A stretch of DNA of 64,000 nucleotides from Minisyncoccota bacterium (GTDB lineage: Bacteria; Patescibacteriota; Minisyncoccia; UBA6257): positions 67,503 through 131,502 of the forward strand of contig JAQVJU010000002.1 in the NCBI GenBank assembly GCA_028694995.1. The letters are read 5' to 3'. Both the position numbers and the translations under genes were made by a program. A model generated the notes under the pieces. That model worked only from the letters and a program-made list of their open reading frames with translations. It searched no databases and was not told the origin of the DNA. Positions 27,293 through 38,011 of this stretch are shown here, piece after piece. Within the stretch, counting starts at the first letter, position 1. Each line of letters opens with the position of its first letter.

Positions 27293-28307
27293 TATTCAAT
27301 TCTTGTTTCTCAACGCCTATCTTTTTAATAGTCAAATACTTTATTGATAAAAGAATTTGAAGAAAAACCCAACTAAAAAAAACAAGAATCGGGTAAAACA
27401 CCAAATTTACAACCTTTAAAATACTCATTAAGGAAACAAAGATTATAATCACTAAGATAAATTTCATTGGCAAAGAAATATTAAGCCAATAATTTTTTAC
27501 CCAATCCACTATCAAGGAAGATAGTTTCTCTTCGCCAGTTAAAGGAACATTTAGCAAATCAGAAAGATTAGTCTTCATTTCTTTTAACAAAGTTTCCTTG
27601 TCTATATTATTAATCTCAATATTCTCTAAATTAATCTCTTCTGTTTCAAGGGTGCTTAAATCCAATTCTCCTAAATTAATTGCCTCTTTTTCTAAATAGT
27701 TTTTTAAAATACTATCTATGGTTCCAGTTGATTCAACATCAACAATGTTTTGGGCGCTTTCAATTTGAAGAATAATCGTTTCTATTAGCTTTTCTGAGCT
27801 TTCTTCTAGAAGATCTAATTTATTCTGAGAATAAACTAAACTAACAAACACAAAAACTAAAGCCAAGAGCAGAAAAAATGAACCTCTGAAAACAATACGT
27901 CTCAAGTTAAGCTCTAATAAATTATTGCTTTCATTTTTCATATATGCCCTAGAAATCAATAACAATAGGTACACTAAACCAATAATAACAAAGAAATAAA
28001 CATTCCATTGGCCTTTAAACAAGAAAAACAAGAAAGGCGCCAAACTAATGCCTAAATTCCAAAGCAAAAAATTAGGCAAATCAAATACCAAAAAAAATAT
28101 GGGCAATAGGAAAACTCCAATTGACCATAACAAAATAGCCATTGTTAAATTAAAACTAGAAAAATTATTTAAGCAATTAAGAATATAAACAGAACCTAGT
28201 CCAAAACAAACAATAATAACAATGGCTAAGATAAATTTTTTAATCAGTAAAACTCTATCGCTATGAGCTAACTTATAAGCTTTATAGAGATTAGATTCTT
28301 GAGGCAT
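27279..28307 (-). CDS. membrane protein of unknown function inserted between dnaK and dnaJ
   Basis: 342-aa ORF with multiple TM segments; overlaps dnaJ start by 14 nt. Confidence 0.4.
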   Translation of the reverse strand: MPQESNLYKAYKLAHSDRVLLIKKFILAIVIIVCFGLGSVYILNCLNNFSSFNLTMAILLWSIGVFLLPIFFLVFDLPNFLLWNLGISLAPFLFFLFKGQWNVYFFVIIGLVYLLLLISRAYMKNESNNLLELNLRRIVFRGSFFLLLALVFVFVSLVYSQNKLDLLEESSEKLIETIILQIESAQNIVDVESTGTIDSILKNYLEKEAINLGELDLSTLETEEINLENIEINNIDKETLLKEMKTNLSDLLNVPLTGEEKLSSLIVDWVKNYWLNISLPMKFILVIIIFVSLMSILKVVNLVFYPILVFFSWVFLQILLSIKYLTIKKIGVEKQELNIAFK

Positions 28308-28347
28308 TAATAAAATTATATCACAGGATTAATAACAAGCAAACAGA

Positions 28348-30249
28348 TTATTCTTTTTCTTCAAAATCAGCGTCTTTAGGCTTATCTTCTGGTTCTTGTT
28401 TTTCTTGTCCTTCTTGTTCATTTGGTTTCTGTTCTGAAGATTCTTGTTGTGTTTTATAAAGATATTCTCCCATTTCTGATAAAACCTGAGAAAATTCTGT
28501 TGTTTTGTTTTTTATCTCTTCTAAATCATCTTTTGCCAAAACTTCTTTCAGTTCTTTTATTTTTTCTTCAACTTTGGTTTTCTTATCTTCTGGAATTTTA
28601 TCTCCGGCTTCTCTTAAGCTTTTCTCAGCGCTATACAGTAAAGTTTCTGCATTGTTCCTTACTTCTATCAATTCTTTCTTCTTCTCATCTTCTTCTTTAT
28701 GAGCTTCAGCTTCTTGTTTTAATTTCTCTACTTCTTCCTTTGATAAACCAGAAGAGCCTTCAATTCTAATTGATTGTTCTTTATTTGTAGCTTTATCTTT
28801 AGCTTTGACATTTAAAATTCCATTAGCATCCAAATCAAAATTAACTTCAACCTGAGGCATACCTCGAGGCGCAGAAGGAATTCCATCTAAGATAAAACGA
28901 CCTAAGGATTTATTATCTGCTGCCATTGGTCTTTCACCTTGAAGAACATGAATCTCAACAGATGTTTGATTATCAGTGGCGGTAGAAAATACCTGACTCT
29001 TGCTTACAGGAATAGTGGTATTTTTTGGAATTAAAACCGTATCCACTCCACCTAAGGTTTCTATACCTAAAGAAAGAGGGGTAACATCTAAAAGTAAGAC
29101 ATCTTTCATTTCTCCACCTAAGATTCCTGCCTGAACTGCAGCCCCTATAGCCACTACTTCATCAGGATTAATTTCTTTATTAGGTTCTTTATTGAATAGT
29201 TTTTTTACCTCTTCTTGAATTTTAGGCATTCTTGTTTGACCCCCAACCAAAACCACTTCTTCTATTTCAGAAACCTGTAAACCACATTCTTCTATTGTTT
29301 GTTTAGTTATTTCTATTGATTTTTTAATGTATTCTTCTACTAATTCCTCTAACATTGAACGGCTTAAAGAATAAGAAAGATGCTTTGGCCCAGCACTATC
29401 AGAAGTAATAAAGGGAAGATTTATCTCCACCTGATTGGTAAAAGAAAGTTCTTTTTTGGCTTTTTCTGAGGCTTCTTTTATTCTTTGTAAAGCTAAGGGA
29501 TCTTTGCTCAAATCTATGCCTTCGTCTTTCTTAAAATTCTGAATGACCCAATCCATTATCTTCTGATCAAAATCATCTCCACCTAAATGTGTATCGCCAC
29601 CAGTTCCCTTAACTTCAATCGTGTCTGGTGTAACATAGAGAACAGAAATATCAAAAGTACCACCGCCAAAATCAAAAACCGCTATTTCCTGGTCTTTTTT
29701 CTTTTCCAAACCATAAGCCAAAGCTGCTGCTGTAGGTTCATTAATTACCCTTTTAACATTAAAGCCTGCTATCTCTCCTGCTTCTTTAGTGGCTTTTCTT
29801 TGACTGTCATCAAAGTAGGCCGGACAAGTAATAACCACATCAGTTATTTTTTCACCTAATTTGGCTTCAGCATCTGTTTTTAATTTTTGTAAAACCATTG
29901 CGGAAATTTCTTGAAGCTTATACCATTGATCTCCCATTTTAATTTCCACCCCTCCATTATCATCTTCTCTAATCTCATAAGATAAAAGATTTTTATCTCC
30001 TTGGATTACAGGGTCAGAAAACTTCCTGCCAATTAATCTTTTAACTGAATAAATTGTATTTTTAGGATTGGTAATTGCTTGACGCCGAGCCATAGCTCCA
30101 ACCAATCTTTCACCGCTTTTAGAAAAAGCAACTATAGAAGCTGTGGTTCTTTCACCTTCTGAATTTTCTAAAATTTTAGGTTGGCCTCCTTCTATCGTGG
30201 CCATTGCTGAAAAAGTTGTTCCTAAATCTATTCCTAATATTTTTGCCAT
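28348..30249 (-). CDS. dnaK: molecular chaperone DnaK (Hsp70)
   Basis: 'ILGIDLGTTFSAMA', 'DLGGGTFD', 'VVLVGGQTRMP'. Confidence 0.95.
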   Translation of the reverse strand: MAKILGIDLGTTFSAMATIEGGQPKILENSEGERTTASIVAFSKSGERLVGAMARRQAITNPKNTIYSVKRLIGRKFSDPVIQGDKNLLSYEIREDDNGGVEIKMGDQWYKLQEISAMVLQKLKTDAEAKLGEKITDVVITCPAYFDDSQRKATKEAGEIAGFNVKRVINEPTAAALAYGLEKKKDQEIAVFDFGGGTFDISVLYVTPDTIEVKGTGGDTHLGGDDFDQKIMDWVIQNFKKDEGIDLSKDPLALQRIKEASEKAKKELSFTNQVEINLPFITSDSAGPKHLSYSLSRSMLEELVEEYIKKSIEITKQTIEECGLQVSEIEEVVLVGGQTRMPKIQEEVKKLFNKEPNKEINPDEVVAIGAAVQAGILGGEMKDVLLLDVTPLSLGIETLGGVDTVLIPKNTTIPVSKSQVFSTATDNQTSVEIHVLQGERPMAADNKSLGRFILDGIPSAPRGMPQVEVNFDLDANGILNVKAKDKATNKEQSIRIEGSSGLSKEEVEKLKQEAEAHKEEDEKKKELIEVRNNAETLLYSAEKSLREAGDKIPEDKKTKVEEKIKELKEVLAKDDLEEIKNKTTEFSQVLSEMGEYLYKTQQESSEQKPNEQEGQEKQEPEDKPKDADFEEKE

Positions 30250-30274
30250 AATTGTTTAAATTAAATTTGTTAAA

Positions 30275-30826
30275 TTATTGTTTTTTAATATCCTTGGCGA
30301 CCAATACCCTGCAAGGACGAATTAATTTTCCATTAAGAAGATATCCCTTTTCTAACATTTCAACAATTACATGAGAATCAAAACCTTCTTTTTCCACTTC
30401 CATTATTGCCTCATGATAGGTTGGATCAAAAACATCTCTTGGATTAGCAATGATTATCTCTACTCCTTCTTTTTGTAAAATATCTTCTAATTGGCTTTTG
30501 ATTAAAGCAATGCCTTTTATATAGTTTTCATTTTGTTCTTCCTCTTGTGCTTGCCTAGTGAAACTTTGTAAAGCCAAATTAAAACTATCTAAAATAGTAA
30601 TTAAGGATTTAATCAATCTTTCATTTGAAAAACTTCTTACTTCTTTAAATCTTTCTTCTTCTCCTTTTTTATAATTACTAAAATCTGCTCTTTCTTTTTG
30701 CCATCCTTCTAAATATTCTTCTCTTTCTGTTTTTAATTTTTCTATTTCTTTAGAAAACTTATCATCTTTCTTCTTATGCTCAGTTTTTTTTGTTTCTAAA
30801 TGATCTTTGTTTTTATTCTTAGGCAT
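30275..30826 (-). CDS. grpE: nucleotide exchange factor GrpE
   Basis: coiled-coil N-term, C-terminal GrpE beta domain; position in hrcA-grpE-dnaK operon. Confidence 0.85.
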   Translation of the reverse strand: MPKNKNKDHLETKKTEHKKKDDKFSKEIEKLKTEREEYLEGWQKERADFSNYKKGEEERFKEVRSFSNERLIKSLITILDSFNLALQSFTRQAQEEEQNENYIKGIALIKSQLEDILQKEGVEIIIANPRDVFDPTYHEAIMEVEKEGFDSHVIVEMLEKGYLLNGKLIRPCRVLVAKDIKKQ

Positions 30827-30832
30827 ATAAAT

Positions 30833-31588
30833 TTATATTGTTAAATTAGTTAAAGCTCTTAAAATAGCAATATTCCTTTCATAAGGCATTCTTTTAGGAC
30901 CCAGAATACCAAAAATAGCCTTAGGTTGGGAAATTGCTGTTAAAAGAGAACTGAATTGATCTGACTTAATAAATGGATTATCTTTACCAATTAATATTAA
31001 AGGAGTTTCTTCTATCTTCATATTTTCTAATTTTATCTCTAATCTTTCTAAAGATTCAGCTATTTCTTGCAATAACTCCAAACTTAACAATTCTTCAGCT
31101 ATCATTTCAGAAAACATATATTTCAAACCTTGTTTGATTAATTCTTTTTCCTGTATCAAATAACAAAAACTAAAAGAATGACTTTTATCTGCTATCAACT
31201 CTACTAATTCTTTTATCTTTCTCCTGTTTTTTTGATTTTCAATTTGTTTAAATTTAACTTTTGCCAGTTGGTCAGAAAACATTTTTTCCCAATGATTTAA
31301 AAAATCATCATCTTCTTTAAATATTTTTTCAATAAAAAACTTCCAAGCTTTATCAGTTGGCACTCGGCCACTAGAGATATAGGGTTTATGTAAATAACCT
31401 TTTTCAGTTAAAACCACAAAACAATTTCTGATTGTTGCTGAACTAATCCCCAATTCATATTTCTCACCTAGAACATCAGAAGCCACTGGTTCTCCAGTTT
31501 GAAGATATTCTTTTACTAAAACCTCAAGGATAATTTCTTTTCTATCCTTGTCTTGCCCTGTATTTTCTATTGTAATTTTAGTAATCAT
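30833..31588 (-). CDS. hrcA: heat-inducible transcription repressor HrcA (short form)
   Basis: N-terminal winged helix 'TGEPVASDVLGEKYELGISSATIRNCFVVLTEKGYLHKPYISSGRVPTDKA'. Confidence 0.8.
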   Translation of the reverse strand: MITKITIENTGQDKDRKEIILEVLVKEYLQTGEPVASDVLGEKYELGISSATIRNCFVVLTEKGYLHKPYISSGRVPTDKAWKFFIEKIFKEDDDFLNHWEKMFSDQLAKVKFKQIENQKNRRKIKELVELIADKSHSFSFCYLIQEKELIKQGLKYMFSEMIAEELLSLELLQEIAESLERLEIKLENMKIEETPLILIGKDNPFIKSDQFSSLLTAISQPKAIFGILGPKRMPYERNIAILRALTNLTI

Positions 31589-31612
31589 TAAAACTATCCT
31601 ATATTTTACTAT

Positions 31613-31639
31613 TTAGCAGTCAAAAGTCAAGAGTGCTAA
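31613..31639. promoter_or_regulatory. CIRCE operator (HrcA binding site) upstream of hrcA-grpE-dnaK
   Basis: TTAGCAGTC-aaaagtcaa-GAGTGCTAA, 8/9 + 9/9 match to CIRCE consensus, 25 bp upstream of hrcA start. Confidence 0.8.
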
Positions 31640-31761
31640 TTAAGAATCTATTTTAAATCCTCTTTTCTCATCCCCTTTCTTTCCCCGAATCAATTTGCCT
31701 GGGTTTATGCCTCATGGTAAAATTAGAAAAATAATAAATTATTCAAAAGTTTTTTAATCTA

Positions 31762-33228
31762 ATGCTTAATTTATACAACACTTTAACTAGAAAAAAAGAG
31801 GCTTTTAAGCCTTTAAAAGGAAGAAAAGTTGGGCTTTATACTTGTGGCCCGACTGTTTATTCTTATGCTCATATTGGTAATTTAAGAACATATGTCTTTG
31901 AAGACATTTTAAAAAGAACTTTGTTATTCAATGATTATCAAGTAAATCATCTAATGAATATTACTGATGTTGGTCATTTAACATCAGATGCTGATACTGG
32001 GGAAGATAAAATAGAAAAAACAGCAAAAAAAGAAAAGAAATCCGCTTATCAAATAGCTGAATTTTATACCAAAGCTTTTTTAAAAGATTGTGAGAAATTA
32101 AATATCTTACCTCCAAATATCATTGCTCCAGCAACAGAATATATCAAGGAAAATATTTCTTTAATCCAAGTTTTAGAAAAAAAAGGCTATACATATAAAA
32201 CCAAAGATGGAATCTATTTTGACACTTCTAAATCCAAAGATTATGGAAAACTGGCTAATATGGATTTTGATAAACTGAATAAAACTCTTAAGGCTGGAGC
32301 CAGAATAGAACTTTCCCCAGAAAAAAGAAACATCACTGATTTTTCTCTTTGGAAGTTTTCATCTCCTAATGAAAAAAGACAAATGGAATGGCCTTCACCT
32401 TGGGGAACAGGTTTTCCAGGTTGGCATATAGAATGCGCAGTTATTAATTTAAAATATTTAGGTAATGCGTTTAAGAATGAAACCTTTATTCCAGAACAAG
32501 CAGAAACCATAGATATTCACGCAGGCGGCAGTGATTTAATACCTATTCATCATACTAATGAAATTGCTCAAGTAGAAGCAGCTACTGGGAAAAAATTTGT
32601 TAATTATTGGCTTCATGGAGAATTTTTGATTTTAAAAGATTTACGCATGGGAAAATCAACTGGTAATGTAATTCTAATTGATGATTTAGAAAAAAAGGGT
32701 TATTCCCCATTATCTTATCGCTATCTTGTTTTAAATGCTCATTACCGAAAGCCTTTAGAATTTTCCTGGCAAGCTCTAAACAATGCCCAACAAGGATTAA
32801 ATGATATTTCTAATTTTATCTATCATTGTTTGCTAAAAGCTAAACCTAATTCATCTATTAAGCTCTCTCCTGTTCTAATAGATATGCAGAAAGAATTTAA
32901 AAAAGCTATTAATGATGATTTAAATACCCCTCAAGCTTTAGCGGTTTTTTGGAAATTAATAAAAAAATATTACAAAGAAAAATTAGATCCAAAACAAACA
33001 TATCAATTAGCTTCAATTTTTGATACAATACTTGGGTTAGGTTTGGATAAAATTAAGGTTTTTCCTTTACCTCAAGAAATACAATTATTAAATGAAAAAA
33101 GAGAAAAAATGAGAAAATCAGCCAAATGGACAGAAGCAGATAAGATAAGAAAAGAAATAGAAGCCTTGGGATTTTCTGTAAACGACACTAAAGAAGGAAC
33201 GATTATTCAACCAAAAAATAAAATTTAA
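31762..33228 (+). CDS. cysS: cysteine--tRNA ligase
   Basis: '[17 protein letters not shown]' HIGH region, 'KMGKSTGN' KMSKS motif. Confidence 0.9.
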   Translation: MLNLYNTLTRKKEAFKPLKGRKVGLYTCGPTVYSYAHIGNLRTYVFEDILKRTLLFNDYQVNHLMNITDVGHLTSDADTGEDKIEKTAKKEKKSAYQIAEFYTKAFLKDCEKLNILPPNIIAPATEYIKENISLIQVLEKKGYTYKTKDGIYFDTSKSKDYGKLANMDFDKLNKTLKAGARIELSPEKRNITDFSLWKFSSPNEKRQMEWPSPWGTGFPGWHIECAVINLKYLGNAFKNETFIPEQAETIDIHAGGSDLIPIHHTNEIAQVEAATGKKFVNYWLHGEFLILKDLRMGKSTGNVILIDDLEKKGYSPLSYRYLVLNAHYRKPLEFSWQALNNAQQGLNDISNFIYHCLLKAKPNSSIKLSPVLIDMQKEFKKAINDDLNTPQALAVFWKLIKKYYKEKLDPKQTYQLASIFDTILGLGLDKIKVFPLPQEIQLLNEKREKMRKSAKWTEADKIRKEIEALGFSVNDTKEGTIIQPKNKI

Positions 33229-33234
33229 ATATTT

Positions 33235-34620
33235 ATGGCAGAAAACAATTCAAAAATAATTCAAAACAAACTGCCTCCACAAAACATTGAGGCTGAAGAA
33301 TCTGTTCTCGGAGCCTTAATGATTGACAAAAACGCTATTGCAAAAGTAGCTGATAGTTTATATCCAGAAGATTTTTATAAACCTGAACATCGCATGACCT
33401 ATGAAGCCATTTTAGATTTATACCAAAAAAATGCGCCCATAGATGTTCTTTCAGTTACTAATCGTCTTAAAGAAAAAAAACTTTTAGAAGAAACAGGAGG
33501 CGCTAGTTTCCTAACCTCTTTAGTTAATAAAACTCCTAGTAGTGCTCATGTGAGTCATTATGGTCAAATTGTGCATGAAAAAAGAGTTTTAAGAGATTTA
33601 ATAGCTGCCTCATATAAGATTGCTGAATTAGGTTGGCAAGAATCAGAAGATATTAATCAAGTATTAGATAAGGCAGAACAAATAATTTTTTCCATTTCTC
33701 AAAAATCAATTGGCTATGATTTTATCACTTTAAAAGAAGAATTAATTAAAGCCTTTGACCGCATAGACCAATTACACAAAGGAGGTGATAAATTAAGAGG
33801 CGTTGGCACTGGATTCAATGACCTAGATAATAAATTAGCTGGTTTGCAAAAATCTGATTTAATTATTATTGGCGGTCGTCCTTCTTTGGGAAAAACTTCT
33901 TTAGCTTTAGATATTGCCCGTTATGCTGCATTAAGAGAAAATGCTTCAGTGGGTATTTTCAGTTTAGAGATGTCAAAAGAACAAGTAGTTGATCGTTTAA
34001 TTGCTGCTGAATCAACAGTAGATTTATGGAAGATAAGAACTGGCGCTCTTTCAACTGCTGGAGAAACAAATGATTTTACTCTTATTCAGGACGCCTTATC
34101 TCGTTTAGCTGAAGCGCCAATATTTATTGATGACATTCCTTCACCAACTGTAATGCAAATTAGAACCATGGCTCGTCGTTTGCAAGCCCAAGTTGATTTA
34201 GGAATGATTATTATAGACTACATTCAACTTATTACCCCTACGCTTACCAGAGAAAGCACTGTCCAGCAATACAGTGAAATATCTCGTTCTCTTAAAGCCT
34301 TAGCTAGGGAATTAAATATTCCTGTGGTCGCTCTTTCTCAACTTTCTAGAGCTGTTGAACAAAGAGGTCCTCTTTGCATCCCCCGACTTTCAGATTTAAG
34401 AGAAACTGGCAGCTTAGAGCAAGATGCTGATGTGGTCCTCTTTGTTTACCGAGAAGACCGATACAGAGAAGATACAGAAAAGCAAAATATAGCAGAAATT
34501 AGAATTGCCAAACACCGAAATGGACCTCTAGGTGTAGCTAATCTGTATTTTAATGAACAATTAGCCAGTTTCCGCAATTTGGAAAAAGAAGAAGATATTT
34601 ATCAACCAGAAGAAGAATAA
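33235..34620 (+). CDS. dnaB: replicative DNA helicase DnaB
   Basis: 'PPQNIEAEESVLGALMID', Walker A 'GGRPSLGKTS', 'SLEMS', arginine finger region. Confidence 0.9.
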   Translation: MAENNSKIIQNKLPPQNIEAEESVLGALMIDKNAIAKVADSLYPEDFYKPEHRMTYEAILDLYQKNAPIDVLSVTNRLKEKKLLEETGGASFLTSLVNKTPSSAHVSHYGQIVHEKRVLRDLIAASYKIAELGWQESEDINQVLDKAEQIIFSISQKSIGYDFITLKEELIKAFDRIDQLHKGGDKLRGVGTGFNDLDNKLAGLQKSDLIIIGGRPSLGKTSLALDIARYAALRENASVGIFSLEMSKEQVVDRLIAAESTVDLWKIRTGALSTAGETNDFTLIQDALSRLAEAPIFIDDIPSPTVMQIRTMARRLQAQVDLGMIIIDYIQLITPTLTRESTVQQYSEISRSLKALARELNIPVVALSQLSRAVEQRGPLCIPRLSDLRETGSLEQDADVVLFVYREDRYREDTEKQNIAEIRIAKHRNGPLGVANLYFNEQLASFRNLEKEEDIYQPEEE

Positions 34621-34633
34621 ATTAACAATTACA

Positions 34634-35260
34634 ATGGATCTTCCAAAACCCATAAAAGATTTTGTTCAGGTTTTTAGTCAATTACCTGGCATTGGTCCTC
34701 GTCAAGCAACCCGCCTTGCCTTTTGGTTATTGCATCAAAAAAGAGAAACTCAACATGCTTTTTATCGCGCTTTTACCAATTTATTCACTAAAACCCAAAT
34801 TTGCCCAAGTTGTTTTTTTATCTCAGAGAAAGAATCAACTGGAAGTAAGCTATGTAAAATTTGCCGTCAAAAACAAAGAGACCAAAGCCTTATCTGTGTT
34901 GTTGAAAAAGAAACAGATCTTATCTCTATAGAAAACACAAATAAATACCGTGGTCTTTATCATGTCTTAGGTGGTTTGATGTCTGAACTAAATGAAAACA
35001 AGAAACAGAAATTAAATATCAATCAGTTATTAACTCGTATTAAAAAAGTTTCCAAAACCCCACAAAAGATAAAAGAAATAATTTTAGCTCTTAATCCTAC
35101 CTCTGAAGGAAACTTAACTACTTATACTTTAGAAAAAGCCATTAAAGAACTAAACTTAGATATTAAGATAACAAAATTAGGAAGAGGTTTGCCTCAGGGA
35201 GGAGAAGTGGAATTTGCTGATGCAGAAACCTTAGTTAATGCTCTTGAAGGAAGAAAGTAA
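34634..35260 (+). CDS. recR: recombination protein RecR
   Basis: 'LPGIGPRQATRLAFWLL' HhH, C4 zinc finger 'CPSC...CKIC', Toprim. Confidence 0.9.
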   Translation: MDLPKPIKDFVQVFSQLPGIGPRQATRLAFWLLHQKRETQHAFYRAFTNLFTKTQICPSCFFISEKESTGSKLCKICRQKQRDQSLICVVEKETDLISIENTNKYRGLYHVLGGLMSELNENKKQKLNINQLLTRIKKVSKTPQKIKEIILALNPTSEGNLTTYTLEKAIKELNLDIKITKLGRGLPQGGEVEFADAETLVNALEGRK

Positions 35261-35288
35261 AAAAGACGCTTAAGCGTCTTTTTTTTCC
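35261..35288. terminator. bidirectional rho-independent terminator between recR and rplU
   Basis: AAGACGC-TTAA-GCGTCTT palindrome flanked by A-run 5' and T-run 3'. Confidence 0.6.
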
Positions 35289-35653
35289 TTCAAATCCTTT
35301 TTTTTCAGATCTTTTTCTTCCTTTTCTTTCAGATCTTTTTCTTTTAAATCCTTTATTGATACTTTCATAAAAGGCTGTCGATGGCCTTTTTTCTTTGTAT
35401 ATCTGGTTTTTGATTTATAGCGAAATACAATTACCTTTTTAGACCTACCTTCTTCTTCACATTTAGCACTAATTTTCATACCAATAATATAAGGTCGGCC
35501 AATTTGTATTTCACCTTTTTCATCTGCAAAAAGAAGTACTTTATCAAAGATTATTTCATCCCCTACTTGCACTCCTTTTATTTTCTCTATTTTTAATTTT
35601 TGCCCTGGAGCAATAAGATATTGTTTACCTCCAGTTTCTACTACAGCTAACAT
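35270..35653 (-). CDS. rplU: 50S ribosomal protein L21 with Lys/Glu-rich C-terminal extension
   Basis: 'MLAVVETGGKQYLIAPGQKLKIEKI...' bL21 N-terminus; 127 aa. Confidence 0.85.
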   Translation of the reverse strand: MLAVVETGGKQYLIAPGQKLKIEKIKGVQVGDEIIFDKVLLFADEKGEIQIGRPYIIGMKISAKCEEEGRSKKVIVFRYKSKTRYTKKKGHRQPFMKVSIKDLKEKDLKEKEEKDLKKKDLKEKKDA

Positions 35654-35677
35654 AATATAAATTTTAAATCTTGTTAT

Positions 35678-36025
35678 TTATCTATTAAGAATATATATCT
35701 GAATGCTGATTAAAAGAATCAAAACAGCAATACTTATATTAGCAAAAAACAGCAACCAACTCAAGTCTTTATCTTTAATTTTTAATAATTCAGAAAGCCA
35801 AAAATTAATACTAATAAAAATCATTCCCAAAGCCGGAATAACCCAAGTTAAATTACGATGGCCTAAAAAATTAATTCCAAACTCATTAGAACGAAAAATT
35901 ACTGGAAAATTAGCAATTGTTTTATCAAAAACTAACCAATTCAAAATTAAAGAAATAATAAAACAACCTATAATTAATAGCCAGTATTTTTCTCTAATTT
36001 TATTTATAATTTTATAGAAATTCAT
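35678..36025 (-). CDS. small membrane protein, hypothetical
   Basis: 115 aa, 3 TM. Confidence 0.3.
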   Translation of the reverse strand: MNFYKIINKIREKYWLLIIGCFIISLILNWLVFDKTIANFPVIFRSNEFGINFLGHRNLTWVIPALGMIFISINFWLSELLKIKDKDLSWLLFFANISIAVLILLISIQIYILNR

Positions 36026-36271
36026 ATTTCATAGAAATCTTTTAAATTTATATAAACTTACTTTAACAAAAATTTCAAAAAAAATCTATTTACTTTTATT
36101 TAATATATAAATAATATGATTGTATTTATAAATTAATAAATTCAACATCATACTTATTGAACCTTATTACCAAACTATTCCTTATCGAATTTAAAAAAGA
36201 AAAAGCGGCAAATAAGTACTTTAACTATTGCCGCTTTAGATTATAAAGGTTGATCTCATGGCTACAGCTCC

Positions 36272-37969
36272 TTAAATCATACTGATCAAACGCTTTGCTT
36301 GTTGCTCAGCATTTGCCAAATATTCCTGGAAACCTTCCTGCCTTAAGAGTTTTCCTTTAAAAAGAATATAGGTATCAGTTGGGTGAAAATTTTCTAGGAA
36401 ACGACGGTCATGTGAAACTAGTATAATTGTGCCTTCATAGTGATTCATCACTTCTTCAAGAGCTTCAAGCGCCTCAAGATCTAGATGATTGGTAGGTTCA
36501 TCTAAGATGAGCACATTAGCAGAAAGTGCAGAAAAAAGAGCAAAAAGAAGTCGTGCTCTTCCACCTGGCGAAAGAGTTAAAATGGGTTTATCAATTTCTG
36601 TAGCTTTAAATCCAAACTTTACAGCTAGAGAATATGCTTCTTGAACCTGAAGACCAGATCGTCGTATGAGAAAATCCTTAATGCTTTTCTCTCGAGGAAG
36701 GTTATCATGTTCTTGAGTAAGATTACCAATGATAAGCGCATTTCCACAACTAACCTTGCCTTTGAGTGCTGAAAGTTCACCACTTATAGTTCGTAAAAGT
36801 GTTGTCTTTCCAGAGCCATTCAGGCCTAAAATTACCACGCGACTACCATAAGGGATAGAAAGAGACACAGGACCAATTTTAAAACCATCATCAGCATAAC
36901 CCGCTATTACATTTGAAAGGATAATATCTCGTGTTCCTCCTGGCTTCTTAGGTTGAAGATGAATCCGGAATACATTTCTCTCAACTGGTTTTTCAACAAT
37001 CTCTATTTGTTCAATGCGTTTCTCAATAGCCTTTGCTTGCTTACCTGATTTACTTGCTCGATCACGCTTAAACCCACGTAAAAACTTGTCACTATCAGTA
37101 CCTACATAGTGTGAACCAGAAATTGCTTCTTGCTTTTTCTTCCTAGCTTGTTCTTCAAGCCGCTTAATTTCTTCCTGCTGAGATTCATGTCTCCGTTTCT
37201 GTCTTGCCATTTCTTTCTCTTTTCTTATCAGATAATCAGAATACCGACCGCTTGTGATATTGAGTGCTCGAGTATGCCAATCAATTTCAAAAATCTCTCG
37301 CACAATCCGATCTAAAAAGAGACGATCATGAGAGACAATAATAGAAGTAGCATTACTCCGCATAAGAAAATTTTCCAGCCAGATAAGAGCTGGCAAATCA
37401 AGATTATTTGTTGGCTCATCAAGAAGTAAAATATCTGGATCAGATAAAAGAACTCCAATCATGAATACCTTACTTTTTTGACCAGATGAAAGAGAGTTAA
37501 TTGTTCGATCCTTGGGAATATCATCTAGCCCAAACCCTGCTAACATCACATCTAAACGATGATAAAATGCATAACCATCCCGACATTCATACTCCATCAT
37601 TGCTTCTGCTGATTTTTCCATGTTCTCTTCCAGTTCAGCCATACCTGATACTTGTCGTACATAATCAGAAATTGTTTTGTTAGAAGTTAAACTTGCATCC
37701 TGTGGCATATAACCGATAACTGCACCTTTTCTCACTAACACCTCGCCAGAATCAGGCTCAAGCAATCCAGCAAGAATCTTTAAAAGTGTTGTTTTGCCAG
37801 TGCCATTATAACCAATGAGACCTACTTTCTGCCCTCGTTCTAGAGAGAAAGAAATGCCATCTAGTACGGTTATTATTCCGTATGTTTTATGAATCTTATT
37901 TGCTTTAATTTCCATAACTGGAAAAACTTTAGTGCCCCATTCAAGACTCAGTTGGAACCAGCTTATCAA
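36272..37969 (-). CDS. ABC-F family ATPase (tandem ABC domains, no TMD)
   Basis: two Walker A 'GYNGTGKTTLLK'/'GLNGSGKTTLLR', two 'LLDEPTN(N/H)LD' Walker B, interdomain basic linker 'EKEMARQKRRHESQQEEIKRLEEQARKKKQ'; start codon appears to be TTG. Confidence 0.8.
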   Translation of the reverse strand: MISWFQLSLEWGTKVFPVMEIKANKIHKTYGIITVLDGISFSLERGQKVGLIGYNGTGKTTLLKILAGLLEPDSGEVLVRKGAVIGYMPQDASLTSNKTISDYVRQVSGMAELEENMEKSAEAMMEYECRDGYAFYHRLDVMLAGFGLDDIPKDRTINSLSSGQKSKVFMIGVLLSDPDILLLDEPTNNLDLPALIWLENFLMRSNATSIIVSHDRLFLDRIVREIFEIDWHTRALNITSGRYSDYLIRKEKEMARQKRRHESQQEEIKRLEEQARKKKQEAISGSHYVGTDSDKFLRGFKRDRASKSGKQAKAIEKRIEQIEIVEKPVERNVFRIHLQPKKPGGTRDIILSNVIAGYADDGFKIGPVSLSIPYGSRVVILGLNGSGKTTLLRTISGELSALKGKVSCGNALIIGNLTQEHDNLPREKSIKDFLIRRSGLQVQEAYSLAVKFGFKATEIDKPILTLSPGGRARLLFALFSALSANVLILDEPTNHLDLEALEALEEVMNHYEGTIILVSHDRRFLENFHPTDTYILFKGKLLRQEGFQEYLANAEQQAKRLISMI

Positions 37970-38011
37970 AGAACTACAAAAATGGCAACAGTTACAAGCA
38001 GCCTTTCTGTA

